Assembly (NCBI RefSeq): GCF_006345805.1
Contig: NC_043013.1
Location: 44,268,001 to 44,332,000, forward strand
Origin: Octopus sinensis
Taxonomy: Eukaryota
Reading direction: 5' to 3'
Length of the DNA: 64,000 nucleotides
Part shown: positions 52,838-64,000 of the stretch, piece after piece
Layout of the letters: each line of letters starts with the position of its first letter
Numbering within the stretch: the stretch's first letter is position 1
Made by a program: the position numbers and the translations under genes
Notes under the pieces: model-generated
What the model saw: only the letters and a program-made list of their open reading frames with translations
What the model was told of the DNA's origin: nothing
The model's database searches: none

Positions 52838-53244
52838 ATACTCTTTTACTCTCTTTTACTCTTTTATTTGTTTCAGTCATTTGACTGCGGCCGTGCTGGA
52901 GCACTGCCTTTAGTCAAGCAAATCGACCCCAGGACTTATTCTTTGTAAGTCTAGTACTTATTCTGTCAGCCTCTTTTGCCGAACCACTAAGTTACAGAGA
53001 CGTAAACACACCAGCATCGGTTGTCAAGCGATGTTGGGGGGACAAACACAGATACACACACACATATATATACATATATACGATGGGCTTCTTTCAGTTT
53101 CCGTCTAGCAAATCCACTCACAAGGCTTTGGTCGGCCCAAGGCTATAATAGAAGACACTTGCCCAAGGTTCCACACAGTGGGACTGAACCCGGAACCATG
53201 TGGTTAGTAAGCAAGCTACTTACCACACAGCCACTCCTACGCCT
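52838..53244 (-). mobile_element. SINE family B
   Basis: Family B consensus. Confidence 0.85.
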
Positions 53245-53445
53245 TATTTAATTATAAAAATATTTTTTTTAAACATTGAATACCTTGGAGAGTCCATTCA
53301 AGGAAAGTAAGAATCAAAAGGGTCCACAGGTAGAAAAATGGTTGAGAACCCCTGCTTTACATTGTGAAAAAGCCTTAAATTGTGACATATGTTGATAACT
53401 GCAAAGTGTGTGAATAAAATTTGAGAATTTGAGCAAAAGCATTAA

Positions 53446-53665
53446 CCCTTTCATTACCCACCTGGTTGAAACCGGCTCTGGCTCTGAGTACAAATGTCTT
53501 GTTTTTATAAGTTTTGAATTAAAATCTTTCACCAAACCTTAGTCACAATTTATGTTCCCAACACTAGCCTAATGATAACTAAGTTATTTTAGTAAATTCT
53601 TTGTTATATTTAAAGTCATTCAAAGAAACACAGAGCATCTCAAAATAAAAATGGTAACGAAAGGG
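53446..53665. mobile_element. piggyBac-like MITE (220 bp)
   Basis: TTAA-CCCTTTCATTACC ... GGTAACGAAAGGG-TTAG. Confidence 0.75.
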
Positions 53666-54011
53666 TTAGGCTTTACTGCACAGGAATTGAGTATACTCAA
53701 TTCTATATATGTGCACTTGAGAGACAGGGACTTGATTAACTCATTTTTAAAATAGTAAGTATGGGTAAAAAAAATGTTTTAGTTATTATTTGTGTACATA
53801 ACTTGGGAGTATCAATTTCAGTCAATTTTGAAAAATCAATCTTGTATCCGCAAGGATGTTGGTAAAAATTCAGTCAGCAAAATGTGGATTAAATAAGCAA
53901 AAGTTCAGTGAATTTTGTGACTGTAGCATTCTTGTTCACTACTGTGAGTTGTACTGGCTTTCTCAAGGACAGGTGCTGAATAGATTTTTGAAATTGGAAA
54001 ATATCTGTAAT

Positions 54012-54504
54012 GTATATTTGCCATTTAAATATGGCTAACCCATAAGGGTGGATGCTACTGTAGTTTGTAGCCCCAGGAGGACACCTCCTCCAGCTGGCTA
54101 TAGACACACTTTCTGTGCCCTATCAGCATTTGCAAAGGGAAGCCATCCTTCCCATCTCCAACTTGTGATACACACGGACTCAAGTTTCAGGATATTGACC
54201 CGTCATCGGCATGTGACAATCACAGTTGTTGATGAAAAGTAGGTTCCCTTCACACAATCCAGGATCGTAAAGACACTGATATCGAAAAAGTGTAAACAAG
54301 CAATAATAAATCTGCATAATAATCACAAAGCCATATAACTAAAACTATGATAAATCTCAGAGCGAGTTATAAACAGTAGCAGCAACACATCGTGACGTAT
54401 ATTTGCCATTTAAATATGGCTAACCCCTAATGGTGGATGCTACTGTAGTTTGTAGCCCCAGGAGGACACCTCCTCCAGCTGGCTATAGACACACTTTCTG
54501 TGCC
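54012..54504 (-). mobile_element. Retrozyme-like element: 385-bp unit with 108-bp terminal direct repeats
   Basis: 54012-54119 and 54397-54504 differ at 2 positions; HHR fold in the unique part. Confidence 0.65.
54171..54215 (-). ncRNA. Type I hammerhead motif (U4C variant)
   Basis: Minus CACATG-CCGATGA-C-GGG(TCAATAT)CCT-GAAA-CTTGAG-TC|CGTGTG. Confidence 0.65.
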
Positions 54505-55319
54505 AGTCCTTTTCTGTGATAACAAATGGTTATCTGAGTTATGGTTTTTTCTTTTTTTGACACAATCAGTTATCTAATTTTGAAACTGCAAGCAAGAATG
54601 AATCGTTTTCTAGCTTAATAACTGATATCATTGCATTTAAGATGAAATTAAAACTCTTCACCTCTCGGCTAGAAACCAGTTTCCACACTTAAAAGAGCAG
54701 AGTGAATATGCTGAAGATTATGGCAATTTTACAAAATATGCTGCAAAAAAAAAAAAAAATCAGGTTATGCCAGAGTCATTTGAAACTTGTTTTTGTCATT
54801 CTGCTAAGAGAGAAGACTGCATATTTATATTTATAAAGCCATTTTCACTTATCCTTTATCTTTTATTTGTTTCCATCATTGGACTGTGGCCATACAGGGC
54901 AATACCTTGAAACAAACTGACATCGGTACTTTTTTCTAAAGCCTCATACTTATTCTATCAGTTTTTTTTGCTGAACCGATAAGTTACAGGGAAGAAGACT
55001 GCTTGTGAAGCAGTGGTGGTGGTGGTGGGCAAACAACATAAACATAAACAACATAAACACAAAGATACATTTACATAGATATATACACCCAAAAAATATC
55101 CAATGTACTCTATTAAGTAGTTGGCATTAGGCAGGGCATCCAGCTGTAGAAACCATGCTAAAGCAGACACAGAACCTAGCAGAAACCCTTGGCTCATTTA
55201 TTCTTGTTAAACTATCCAACCCATGCCAGCATGGAAAGAGGACATAAAATGGTGAAGTTGATATACATGCATGTATGTGTGTGTGTGTGTGTGTGTATAT
55301 ACCTGGTTGCTTTCAATTT

Positions 55320-56058
55320 CCTATTTCTTTATTGCCCACAAGGGGATAAACATAGAGGGGACAAACAAGCACAGACAAAATGATTAAGTCGATTACATCG
55401 ACCCCAGTGCGTAACTGGTACTTAAGTTATCGACCCCGAAAGGATTGACCTTGACGGAATTTGAACTCAGAACGTAGCGGCAGACAAAATACCTATTTCT
55501 TTACTACCCACAAGGGGCTAAACACAGAGGGGAGAAACAAGGAAAGACAAAGGGATTACGTCGATTATATCGACCCCAGTGCATAACTGGTACTTATTTA
55601 ATCGACCCCGAAAGGATGAGAGGCCAAGTTGACCTCAACGGAATTTGAACACAGAACATAGCGGCAGACGAAATACCTATTTCTTTACTACCCACAAGGG
55701 GCTAAACACAGAGGGGATAAACAAGGACAGACAAACGGATTACGTCAATTATATAGACCCCAGTGCATAACTGGTACTTATTTAATCGACCCCGAAAGGA
55801 TGAGAGGCCAAGTTGACCTCAACGGAATTTGAACACAGAACATAGCGGCAGACGAAATACCTATTTCTTTACTACCCACAAGGGGCTAAACACAGAGGGG
55901 ATAAACAAGGACAGACAAACGGATTACGTCAATTATATAGACCCCAGTGCGTAACTGGTACTTAATTTATCGACTCAGAAAGGATGAAAGGCAAAGTCGA
56001 CCGCGGCGGAATTTGGACTCAGAACGTAGCGGCAGATGAAATACCGGTAAGCATTTCG
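55320..56058 (-). repeat. Tandem array of 4 SINE A units (184-bp period) inside a SINE B
   Basis: Unit starts CCTATTTC at 55320, 55492, 55676, 55860; flanked by CTTTCAATTTC on both sides. Confidence 0.9.
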
Positions 56059-56872
56059 CTGCCTTTCAATTTCTTTAAATTTCTGTCAACTAAATCCTAT
56101 CACAAAGCTTTTGTAGAGGACACTTGCCCAAACTGTTACACAGTGGGAATGAATCCTGAAACATGTGGTTGAGAAGCAAACTTCTTGCCACACAGTGAAT
56201 TAATGAACAAAGAAAAAGAAAACCATGAAAATAACTAGAAACATAGAAACGGGGCTTAATGATTTAAAAATAAATTTATTATTGAAAATGAAATTTGATG
56301 AGCTTCCCTCAGTTCCAAATGCTGTTGATATGGTTAATATCTAATGATCTCTGAACATTTTTTTTTTCAGATGTAAAAATATTTGCCCAAAATTACATCT
56401 GTCATTTTGGAACAACATACAGATGTGAACAAACATTTTCATTCATAAAAACTGATAAAAAAACAAAATGAGGTCATGATTGAGTGATTCAAATTTGAGG
56501 AATTCTCTGCTGCTCTCAGTAACAAATTTAACTTCAAACATTAAAAGCTTGGCTAAAGCAAAACAAACTTAAAAGTCTTGTTAAAGTAAGTAATGTTGAC
56601 ATTACTTTCTTATATGAAATCTTTTTTTTTTTCCATGTAAAAATGCTAAATACGTCTATATTAGCATATTTTATACAAGAATTGAATGAGAGCACAAGAC
56701 TTGTGTATGGCATATGGAATGTAGTATGGTGGCCATCCTTGCTTTATATGAAAACATGCTCCAACAACTGCTATGTCCCAAAGCTGTCAACAAGAATTTT
56801 CTCTGTGTCAACAGAAACACTCTGTACACATGGAATTAGTTTTTGCAGGAAGATTGAAGTTCTGTGTATATC

Positions 56873-56906
<34 letters not shown>

Positions 56907-57577
56907 ATAATAATTTAATAAATAAAACATATGCATACATACATACATATATGTACATACCTGCATCTATATGTATATATACATGCATATATGGGTACAG
57001 GACACCCAAAAAATGTAGAACACAACAAGAAATGAAAACATAAAAACAAAACATGGAAACAGACTTTTTTAAACAACAAAAATAAACAGAGTACAAGACA
57101 AACAACACAAGGAACATTCCCCTTCTTCGACTTATTCCGTTTCGAAGGTATATGTATATATATATAATAGAAATATTAAAATTACTAAGTCTCTCTAAAG
57201 GAGATTACGGCAGCGTTACTGGATATTAATAGTTATCGCCATACTAATATGCCAGTCTAAATATAAGACTAAAGCTGTCGCTGATTAGCTCCAAGAGGCC
57301 ACTGCCTCTAGCTAGCTATATGACACACGAACCTGCGTCCATTACAACCTTATATATATATATGATATATATATATGATATCATATAATATTATATTAGA
57401 TTTTTTATTCATAATAGGCTGAAGTTAGAGAGTAACACAATGCACGAAACTCTAGACCTTTCAGTCATTCTATAACTTCTACCAATTATTATTATTAGAA
57501 AAACACACATCTAATCATGTTTTGAGCTCTGTTTTACTATTATCCTATTATATTAAATATGCGCATATTAATTTATA

Positions 57578-57631
<54 letters not shown>

Positions 57632-57870
57632 TTTTTTTTTTATTATTGAAGAGTTTGTTCTGATTGTGTAGTAAGAAGTTTACTTCTCAACCACATGGTT
57701 CCAGGTTCAGTTCCACTGTGTGTTATCTTTGGCAATTGCCTTCTACGTGTGAAGGGATTTGGGAGATGAATATTGAAAGAAGCCCATAGTGTGTGCATAT
57801 ATATATGTGTGTGTGTGTGTGTGCGCCTATCATCATCATCGTCATTTAACATCTGCCTTCCATGCTGGCA

Positions 57871-58420
57871 TATTTATTATATAAAATCTGTTCTGTGTGT
57901 CTTCTAGGATCTCAGACATCCTCCATCTGATTGCGCTCAAATTTGATATATAGATACCGACGGTATCAGGGCATGTATAAGTCTTGAAAAAATTACAAAA
58001 ATCGATTCCAGGTGAGAATGCGATCAATAAAGCCGTGGGAATGTGCATTTGTACATGCAAGTAAATCAGCTGTTGCTATCGATACTACACGTACGCAAGA
58101 AAAATGCACATGCAGTTTGCGCAAAAAAGCTGGCTGGCTTGAAATAATGCCACAAAATGCAGTATATTTAAGAGACCAAAAGAGTAAGATGCAAAAGAGA
58201 TATTTTCTTCAAACTTGGCATGAAGGAAGGAAAGACTATTTGGTTTCTCAAGAAGTTTTTTTTTTTTTTGCCTTAACTTCGTTTAACAAAACCAAAAATT
58301 TTAGTGAAATAAAGGCATGCTTAATTATTTTTTAATGAAAAGAAAACACTGATTGCTTTTTATTCAGCAGATTTGATTCAGCACCGTCCATTGGATGCGG
58401 GGGCGAGAAGCATTTTGCTC
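57871..58420 (+). mobile_element. Possible degenerate Helitron-like non-autonomous element
   Basis: Starts TTTATTATATAAAATCTGTTCTGTGTGTC, ends with a GC-rich hairpin-like segment and CTCG|T; termini non-canonical. Confidence 0.35.
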
Positions 58421-58762
58421 GTATATATATATATATATATATAATGTCTGTTTTTTTAAAAAGTACTAGGGTTGATTTGTTCAGCTAAACCCTTCAGTGC
58501 AGTACTCCAGCATGGCCACATTCTAATGAGTGAATCAAATCAAAGGTAAAAGATATCTTTTCTCTTTTACTTGTTTCAGTCATCAGAAGAACTTTTAGAT
58601 GAATGAATCAACCTCAGTACTTTTCTTTTTAAGTCTGGTACTTATTCTGTTGATCTCTTTTGCCAAACTGCTAAGTTACAGGGAAGTAAACACACAATCG
58701 ATAAAAAACCTGGAAAGTTAATCACAGCCATTGCAAAGGACCTCAAGGTTTCTAAGTGCACC

Positions 58763-58818
<56 letters not shown>

Positions 58819-59074
58819 ACACTGCATCTCGAAGCAGTCTCACTGGTCAATTCAAAGCTATAGTAAAAGACACTTACACAGTACATCAAACAGCACAATG
58901 TGGTTTTGAAGTGAGCTTTTCAACCATACAGCCATGCCCGGATACACACACACACACACACACAGACACACTAATAGCTGAGTCATGTAATACGTCTTTA
59001 CTATGTAACTTTATAATGATCCAAATATCTCAATGTCCAATCATACATACCTTGGCAAACCTCTGTGTGTGTGT

Positions 59075-59236
59075 GTGTTAGCAGGTGCGTATAATACCTG
59101 TATGTGTGTATATATATACGTGTCTGTGTGTGTATATGTGTGTGTGTGTTAGCATGTGTGTATAATACCTGTATGTGTATAAATATATATGTGTCTGTGT
59201 GTATGTTAGCAGCTGTGTATAATACCTGTATGTGTG

Positions 59237-59277
<41 letters not shown>

Positions 59278-59820
59278 TAGCATGTGTGTATAATACCTGT
59301 ATGTGTGTATAAATATGTGTCTGTGTGTGTATATGTGTGTGTGTTAGCAGGTGTGTATAATACCTGTATGCGTGTATATATATATATATGTGTGTGTGTG
59401 TATGTGTGTGTGTTAGCAGGTGTGTATAATACCTGTATGTGTGTATATATATGTGTGTGTGTGTGTGTTAGCAGGTGTGTATAATACCTGTATGTGTGTA
59501 TATATATGGCGAGCTGGCAGAAACGTTAGCACGCCGGGCGAAATACGTAGCCGTATTTCGTCCGCCGTTACGTTCTGAGTTCAAATTCCGCCGAGGTCGA
59601 CTTTGCCTTTCATCCTTTTGGGGGTCAATAAATTAAGTACCAGTTACGCACTGGGGTCGATGTAATCGACTTAATCTGTTTGTCTGTCCTTGTTTGTCCC
59701 CTCTGTGTTTGGCCTCTTGTGGGTAGTAAAGAAATAAATATATATATGTGTGTGTGTGTGTGTTGTGTGTGTGTGTGTATTAGCAGGTGTGTATAATACC
59801 TGTATGTGTGTGTATGTATA
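59075..59820. repeat. Compound minisatellite (TTAGCAGGTGTGTATAATACCTGTA core plus variable TG/TA), 8 units, interrupted by SINE A
   Basis: Core at about 59080, 59150, 59205, 59278, 59345, 59413, 59469, 59780. Confidence 0.85.
59508..59736 (+). mobile_element. SINE family A
   Basis: Near-consensus young copy. Confidence 0.9.
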
Positions 59821-60560
59821 TATATGTATGTATATATATATGTATGTGTGTGTTAGCTCTGTGTTTTAGCTTTATACGTACATATGTAAGCTATGCTGTA
59901 CAATATTTGTGTTGATGTATGTTCGGGAGAAATGTGTTTTCTGCTATTAATACGATTATACCACCACACCCACTTCCCCCCCTCTATCTGCCACTGCTAC
60001 TACGCATAACCTTGGCTCATTAGGCCTCCTGTGAGCACACCTTTTGTGTTTCTGCTCGACTAACCAATACCTTAAGTACAATTATTTAGTAATATAATAT
60101 GTACGGACACACACACATACACACATTAAGTGTGTGTCTGTGTGTGTGTTGTGCACATATAATTATGTATGTGTGCTTAACCTTGTGTTTAAGAAGCTCA
60201 TTTTGCAACCATGATGTTCTGGGTTCAATTCCACTTCATGTCTCTTTTGCCATAGCTGTGCTTCAACCCAGGCCTTGTTAGGGAAATTATGTAGAGGGGA
60301 AACTATGTGGAAGCCCATTGGATGGACTTTATATATAAATTAAAATGCTACCATTGTTACTCTATTCTGATTCTGCCTGAAGATTTTGTTAAAAATGCAA
60401 ATAACTGTGGGTTACTCAGCCACTTATGTGATAATTCAGCTAATAGACTGAGTAATTGGTTAAGTTGATTGAGCCACTGAAATATTCATCGCATTATCAT
60501 AATTGAGTGAGATCTGTGTGTGTGTGTCCTTTACCACCCTTGAAACCAGATTTAGACAAT

Positions 60561-60603
60561 GCTGTGCTGATGATGCCTATTCAGGTAGTAACATGTACAT
60601 AGC
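60561..60603 (+). ncRNA. Minimal hammerhead with one core substitution (A13U)
   Basis: GCTGTG-CTGATGA-TGCCT(ATTC)AGGTA-GTAA-CATG-TA|CATAGC. Confidence 0.6.
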
Positions 60604-60715
60604 TTTCCTGCTTTCAAAACAAAATTTGATTGTTTTTTTTTCTCCTGGCATTTATAATTCATTAAGTGATATTAATTTATTAAAATTATCTCCTCTCTTC
60701 ATTTAAAATTCCTAT

Positions 60716-61290
60716 GGGCACAGGAGTGGTTGTGTCGTCAGAAGTTTGCTTCCCAACCACAGAGTCCCAGGTTGAGTCCCACTGTGTTGCATCTTGAGCA
60801 AGTGTCCCCTGCTTTAGTCTAAGGCTGACCAAGGATTTGGTAGACAGAAACTGGCAGAAACGTTAGCACGCCGGGCGAAATGCTTAGCAGTATTTCGTCT
60901 GCCGCTATGTTCTGAGTTCAAATTCCACCGAGGTCGACTTTGCCTTTCATCCTTTCGGGGTCGATTAAATAAGTACCAGTTACGCACTGGGTCGATATAT
61001 TCGACTTAATTCGTTTGTCTGTCCTTGTTTGTCCCCTCTATGTTTAGCCCCTTGTGGGCAATAAAGAAAGAAGAAACTGAAAGAAGCCCATTGTGTGTGT
61101 GTGTGTGTGTTTGTGTTTCTCCCCTAACACTGCTTGGCAACTGGTGTTGGTGTATCGCCGTCCCAATAATTTAGTGGTTCAGCAAATGCCAGGCTTAAAA
61201 AAAAAGTACTGGGGTTGATTCTTGTGCCTAAAAATTCTTTAAGGTAGTGCCCCAGCATGGCCACAGTCAAATGGCTGAAACAAGTAAGAA
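60716..61290 (+). mobile_element. SINE family B split by SINE A (60851-61069)
   Basis: AGAAACTG duplicated on both sides of the nested SINE A. Confidence 0.8.
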
Positions 61291-61359
61291 GATCGTTATT
61301 ACAAGGTTTTTTGTTTACTACCTTTGGCGTCTCATACACAACTGCTTTGAATTAAAAAA

Positions 61360-61500
61360 TATTGACAGAATTTACTTTCATCAGACCATGCTGTTGATGA
61401 CCAAAACTTCTCTTCCTTGTTGCAGAACACATGGGAACAATTTGGTCTTAGCCTTTGGAATAATCAGTTTCTTCCTTACACCTCTTCATTCATGTTCAAC
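61360..61500 (-). pseudogene. Tc1 transposase relic
   Basis: EEKFWSSTAWSDESKFC resembles the WSDE first catalytic motif. Confidence 0.4.
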
Positions 61501-61527
61501 ATCTTTCAATAGCATTCGTTTGGAATA

Positions 61528-62040
61528 CCGTAAATCCTTGAGTATAGTCCGCCCTTGAGTATAATACGCAGGGGATTTTTAGGGAGCTGTACCTCTGAAA
61601 AACCTAAACCTTGTGTATAATACGCACCCCTTCTCTAACTTGAGTCAAGGAGGTCTATATAACGTCCTTGGTTTGTAAAAATGTATACAGTAACGTCCTT
61701 TATTATTATTGTATATATAACATAATGCAAATGTGTAGCTATTTTTGTGTACTTTGTTGGTAGAAAATAAAGAAATAACAGTAATAACGTTTAATAAATG
61801 TTGCTTTCTGCAAGTTATGGATGATTCTTTTATGACTTCATTGCTTTCAGGCTTAGCTTAAAGTATTTTTGCACCCAACATCACAAAATGCGTCTGAATA
61901 AACATTGCCGAACAACAAATAGAGACTTGGACATTGCTTAGAAAATAATTTTTATTTTTAACCTCGTATATAGTACGCACTAGGGATTTTGACCTTTAAA
62001 TTTTGGGGGAAAAATGCAGATTATACTCGAGGATTTGCGG
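61528..62040. mobile_element. pogo/Tigger-like MITE (TA TSD)
   Basis: TA-CCGTAAATCCTTGAGTATAGTCCGC ... GCAGATTATACTCGAGGATTTGCGG-TA. Confidence 0.8.
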
Positions 62041-62084
62041 TATGGTAAAAATCTATAGAATTTTCAACCCTTTCATATATGCAT

Positions 62085-62322
62085 CTTTTATCTTTTACTC
62101 ATTTCAGTGATTAGACTGTGGCCATGCTGGGGCACTGCCTAGAGGAATTTTAGTTGAATGAATAGACACCAGTGCTTTTTTTTTTTTTTTTTTTAAACCT
62201 GGTACTCATTCTGTCAGTCTCTTTTGCTGAACTGCTTTGTTCTGGGGATTTAAACACACCAACACTGGTTGTCAAGCGGTGGTGGGGGACAAACACAAAG
62301 TCACACACACATAAATACATAC

Positions 62323-62373
<51 letters not shown>

Positions 62374-62584
62374 AAATGTGACTGCGTGTGTACCGTTGGC
62401 GATTTTTTTTCCTCCGTCTTCCCTTCTCTGGATCTTTCCTTTTCCTATGTTTCTGACGAAGAGCTCCGCTCGAAACGTAAAACCCTCCTTCTTCCCTTCC
62501 TTCCTGAGCGTCTAATAATACTATATTTGTTCCACATCCTCGCGTTGTTGTTTTCTCTTTGTGTTTTCATGTTTGGATTAACTT

Positions 62585-62648
<64 letters not shown>

Positions 62649-62800
62649 CAAGCTTCTTTCAGCGTCCGTCTACCAAATCCACTCACAAGGCCTTGGTTGG
62701 CCTCAAGCTATAGAAGACACTTGCCCAAGGTGCCATGCAGTGGGACTGAACCTGCAACCATGTGATTGGAAGCAAGCTTCTTACCACACAGCCATGCTTA
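62085..62800 (-). mobile_element. SINE family B with an HHR-bearing element (about 62370-62585) inside its TA tract
   Basis: Family B tail at 62085, head at 62650-62800; insert flanked by (TA)n. Confidence 0.8.
62449..62483 (+). ncRNA. Canonical minimal type I hammerhead ribozyme
   Basis: GTTT-CTGACGA-A-GAGC(TCC)GCTC-GAAA-CG-TA|AAAC; all core residues intact; cleavage predicted after 62479. Confidence 0.85.
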
Positions 62801-63336
62801 TATTTTCTTAAATGTTTATAAGAAAATATATTTCTATAGAATACACACACATTCTGAAGTAACACATGTACACACACACACACACACAAACATTCATAAA
62901 TGCCTGTGTGAATGAGTTAATCCCTTGCTGTTGTTCCCTTCAACAGTTTATAAGCTCCAGTCATGTGGATATCCTCATAATGAAGTGAATAAATATTTTT
63001 TAGTCAATGAAGAAGAAAATGTGTGTGGAATGAGAAATTGAAATGGAAGGACAGTGGGGGTCGTGGGGGATGGAAGGGGGAAAGAGCAAAAGAAAGAAAA
63101 AAAAGAATGGAAAAGAAAAGGCCTAAGGTAAATTATAAGAGTCAAGAGAAGATTATCAAGAAGGGTGAACAGAGTAAGCTTACCATTTGAAGTTAAACAA
63201 AAGGAAAATAAGCATATAGCCTGTCCAAGTGAAGTTATTTCTATACCTGCTTTATTGACAGCTACTGACAAACTAACTGGGTGGATTTTATGTAGTCACT
63301 AGATTTGCTAGAAATAGCAGCTATATCTTTGGCAGA

Positions 63337-63800
63337 TCATCATCATCACCATCAACATCATTGTTTAACGTCCGTTTTCCATGCCGGCATGGGTTGGACA
63401 GTTTGACTGGGAGTCTGGGAAGCCAGGAGGCTGCACCAGGCTCCAGTCTGATCTGGCAGTGTTTCTACAGCTGGATGCCCTTCCTAACGCCAACCACTCT
63501 GAGAGTGTAGTGGGTGCTTTTTACATGCCACTGGCACAGGGGCCAGAGGGGGCTGGCACTGACCGCGTTTGGATGGTGCTTTTATGTGTCACCGGCACGG
63601 GAGCCAGAGAGGGCTGGTATCGGCCATGTTTGCTTTTACATGCCACCAGCACAGGAGCGAGAGGGGGCTGGCTGGCATCGACCACGTTTGGATGGTGCTT
63701 TTATGTGCCACTTGCACAGGAGCCAGTCAAGGTGAGGGGGCAGGCATCAACCATGTTTGGATGGTGCTTTTTACATTCCACCGGCACGGGGGAGCCAGGT
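63337..63800 (-). mobile_element. SINE-like family C with 4-5 internal subrepeats
   Basis: (CAT)n tail, GGATGCCCTTCCTAACGCCAACC, repeated GGTGCTTTT...GTGCCAC units. Confidence 0.85.
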
Positions 63801-64000
63801 GTTTCACCGTGGGACTGAACTTGAAACCAAGTGGTTGGGATGCAAACTTCTTAACCACACAGATATGCCTGCATCTATTAATTTATTCTTACAAACTATA
63901 TGCGAGTGAGTGAATTTCAGAGTGCGATGGCTTGTCGGATAGATTCAAGGAATATCTTTGAAAACTCTTTTCCCGATGCCATACTAATTCCTATTACTTA

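Noticed and set aside
54011-54505. TRIM/LTR interpretation of the 108-bp direct repeats
   Set aside because: TG..CA ends are only partial and there is no TSD, PBS or PPT; the internal hammerhead favours a retrozyme/Penelope-type origin
60370-60420. Second CTGAAGA about 190 nt upstream of the 60561 hammerhead
   Set aside because: No GAAA in register and no helix I, so it does not support a tandem ribozyme pair

Overview
AT-rich, repeat-saturated eukaryotic non-coding DNA. The SINE, microsatellite and transposon mix resembles my recollection of octopus (coleoid cephalopod) assemblies; this is inference, not a database match. No intact protein-coding gene is supported: the ORF track is almost all microsatellite translations (YI/CV/HT runs) or decayed transposase and reverse-transcriptase fragments. 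Identified elements include several tRNA-type SINE families (dozens of copies), RTE LINE 3' fragments, mariner, maT (DD37D), Tc1 and hAT relics, MITEs (piggyBac-, Charlie- and pogo-like, plus one with an 8-bp TSD), non-autonomous Helitrons including a head-to-tail dimer, a 1,380-bp tandem duplication, long hairpins and minisatellites. The most notable signal is a dense set of hammerhead ribozyme (HHR) motifs in sequence-unrelated small elements. There is one textbook minimal type I HHR (62449-62483) and five more near-intact folds (6054-6264, 12556-12687, 19362-19450, 54171-54215, 60561-60603), plus variant or decayed copies. Most have the palindromic helix III typical of Penelope-like and retrozyme HHRs, and many sit in (TA)n tracts. 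One lies in a 385-bp unit with 108-bp terminal redundancy, resembling a reverse-transcribed circular RNA. Another lies, circularly permuted, in a 508-bp foldback element. Ribozyme activity and expression are untested; most repeat boundaries are approximate.
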